64,000 nucleotides of DNA, from NCBI RefSeq assembly GCF_009914755.1, contig NC_060929.1. One strand, 5' to 3'. The notes beneath the pieces are model-generated. The model was not told where the DNA came from, searched no databases, and worked only from the letters and a program-made list of their open reading frames with translations. This DNA comes from the human T2T-CHM13v2.0 reference genome, Homo sapiens. This document shows, piece by piece, positions 61,423-64,000 of the stretch (its first letter is position 1; each line of letters begins with the position of its first letter). Both the position numbers and the translations under genes were made by a program.

Positions 61423-62589
61423 TATATATTTTTTTAAAGTCTTTCATATAATTTTGCAAAGAAAAAGTTTATCCCTCTTCTAAATTGAAGTAGGCTTTCC
61501 TATAATTGCACATATCTGAAAAGAGACACAAATTTCATGTAAAATGAATGAAATTTTATCAGGAAATTAACTTTGAAAATTAATGTATGTACACCGCTGT
61601 ATGTAGAATGAGGTTTTACCTTTTGTGCTTTTAAAAATTTGCTGCTTTTACTTTTATATAATGTTATTGTCAGTCCCAGAATATATATGAACTCCTAGAA
61701 GATAGAAACCATGCTTTATTTATCTTTCTTTGCATCTGCTGGACCTAGTATTGTGTCTGCCATATATTCAATACTGAATTAAAGTCGAAGGATAAATAAA
61801 TAGATGTCATGAATGATCTCAAGTCAAAGAGCTGCATAATCATCTCTTTATATATTCATTTTACATATTAATTCTACTACTAACATACAAAATGAAAAAA
61901 AGAGATAATTTGAAATTATAAGGGTTTCTTGCTTTCTCAGTACTCTATTTCAACATATCATTTTACCTTTAAGAAAATACATTTTTCACTAGTTAGTGTC
62001 TTAGATTCACAAGAGGTTATATAGCACCTGATCCAACTTCAGACAGGAACTGGAGCAGTGGTTGCCATGGACTGGGAGTGAAGAGAAGGAATGAAATGCA
62101 AAGAGGCATACATAAACCTTTTGAGATTAAAGTATTCCATGTCTTGTTTGTTGCCATGATTACACATTATGCACATTTGTCAAAAGTCATTGACTGTACC
62201 ACTAAAAAGGCTGACTTTTACTGTTCAAACCTTTGTCTAATTGGTTTTGGATTTTTGTTTCCTCAATATTGAATATTTTAATGTTCAATTAACCTGACAT
62301 GCCAAAAATCGCCTGAGAGAAAGGCAATTTTCTCCTACTACTTTTCTCCTACTCTAGCTTCATGTTATTTTCTGTTTTTGTTTTATACATTTAATTAGAT
62401 TTTGTTTTATGCATTTGATTATTCTTTGGGATTTTCTTACCTTGAGAGCATAAACTACTATTGAGAAATATGATTCAAAATAAAATAAGAATGTTCAGAC
62501 AAAAAGTAGGGTAAAAATTGACATGAAATTCCTCCAATTCAAATGTAAATGTAAATTTTATAAACATTTATCTTCATATATACACTAGG

Positions 62590-62935
62590 TGGAGCCATTT
62601 GCTTAAGCTAGTTGTAGGAAAATTGACAGTGTATGTTTAATTTTGTAAGAACCTCCAAACTTGTTTTCCAAAGTAGCTGTCCCATTTTGCATTCCCATCA
62701 GCAACATATAAAAGTTCAATTGCTTCATATCCTTATTGTCACTTGGCCACCCATTTATTTTAGTCACTCTAATAGCTGTATAGTAGTATCTCATTATAAA
62801 TTTAATTTAGATTTCCTTAATGAGTAATAATGTCAAGTATCTTTTCACATGCTTATTTGCTTGCTTTATATCTTCTTTGCTGAAATGTTTATTCAAATCT
62901 TTCACCCAATGTTTATTGGTTTGTTTGTTTGTTTT
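62590..62935 (-). mobile_element. Old L1M fragment
   Basis: Reverse peptides WVKDLNKHFSKEDIKQANKHVKRY and MRYYYTAIR. Confidence 0.8.
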
Positions 62936-64000
62936 AATGCCTTGCAATTCTTTGCTGAAAACTGGAAATTTCAGATAATATATTGTAGAAACTCCAAGTT
63001 CTGGTTTCCCACTTCCCAGGCTTGTCATTTTCATTTATTTGTTTATTTGTTAGAGACTGGCTAGATTATTTTAGTGAAGTCTATTCCCTATGCCCACTCC
63101 CCCGCCCTTCAACACACACACAAAGTGTTAAGTCTCTGTTGATGCTTCTCAGTGAAGCACAGATATGCCTACAGTTACCCTATGATGTGACATAATGACA
63201 GTGGTATTTGTAGGGTTTTTCTTCCTTTCTTTCCCTAACCATACTCATTAATGTTAAACTCCATTAATTGCCAGCTGGTTGTTCTATTACTTTCAACAAT
63301 GTCCTAAGGCAGAAATTTCCCTGCAAATTAATTCAACCAAACTGTGGCTTTTAGGAAAAAAATAGATTTTGAGGTCAGTGTTTGATATTTGTCCTGACCT
63401 ATGAGGACTCCTCCCAATGGTCTCATTCTCTGATTCTCTCCTACAAACCTGCTAGCCTACAGTCTAAGATGCATTGTCATTAAATCCAAGAATCTCCTCC
63501 CAAATGCCTTTCACCACAATCTCCACTATTATTGAGAGTATTCTTAAGCTTGAACTTCTCCACGCTGTGTTGCAGTGAAGTCAATTCCTTTGAGATGAGA
63601 TTAGAAACTGTTTTATGGCCTGATTCTTCTCCCAGGTGAACTTGCTGAGCTGGACTCAGGAACTGGGTGTGGGAACAATGGAAAGCTTTTCTCTGCATGA
63701 CCACCCTACTCTAGGGGCTGTGCATTCAGTGATGGGAGGGGAGGAAACAGCCAGAGATCCTCTCAGCTTGCCTGTCCTGTCACGGAACCACTGCCTCATG
63801 AACCTATGGGAAGTGCATTCAGGACCCCAGTATTTTCAGTACTCCATCTCTCATTAGCAATCACCTGAAATTTAGCCTCAGCAACGGATAGCTAGGGCAG
63901 AATGAGAAGTGTGGAAGACCTCCAGGGACTGAAGCTGCAGCAGCCTCATGTTCTTGACTACAGCAGTTTGGAGTAGAGTCTCTACCTTGTTGAACTGGTA

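Overview
Primate (human-like) AT-rich, repeat-dense genomic DNA containing the 5' half of SLCO6A1 (OATP6A1, a testis-expressed organic anion transporter family gene) on the minus strand. Four coding exons can be spliced in frame directly from the sequence: 24909-24552, 6500-6243, 3927-3742 and 1859-1763. The exon 3 donor is a non-canonical GC. Exon 1 lies in a CpG island (~24.4-25.15 kb). Intron 1 (~18 kb) is a nested stack of elements: an ERVL-like internal fossil, a near full-length hAT-Blackjack transposon fossil split by an LTR plus Alu, a gene-sense LTR12 inside an MST LTR, an L1PA reduced to 5'UTR plus tail, and an LTR8. The ~39 kb upstream looks intergenic (full THE1 provirus, Alus, MIRs, MLTs, rearranged L1s). 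Nearly all other ORFs in the track are repeat-derived or spurious. I see no new multi-gene system. The best leads are regulatory or RNA-level: alternative TE promoters aimed at exon 2, a competing donor just before the ATG, possible skipping or circularisation of exon 3, and unusual L1 rearrangements. Repeat subfamily names come from recalled consensus motifs, and many boundaries are approximate.
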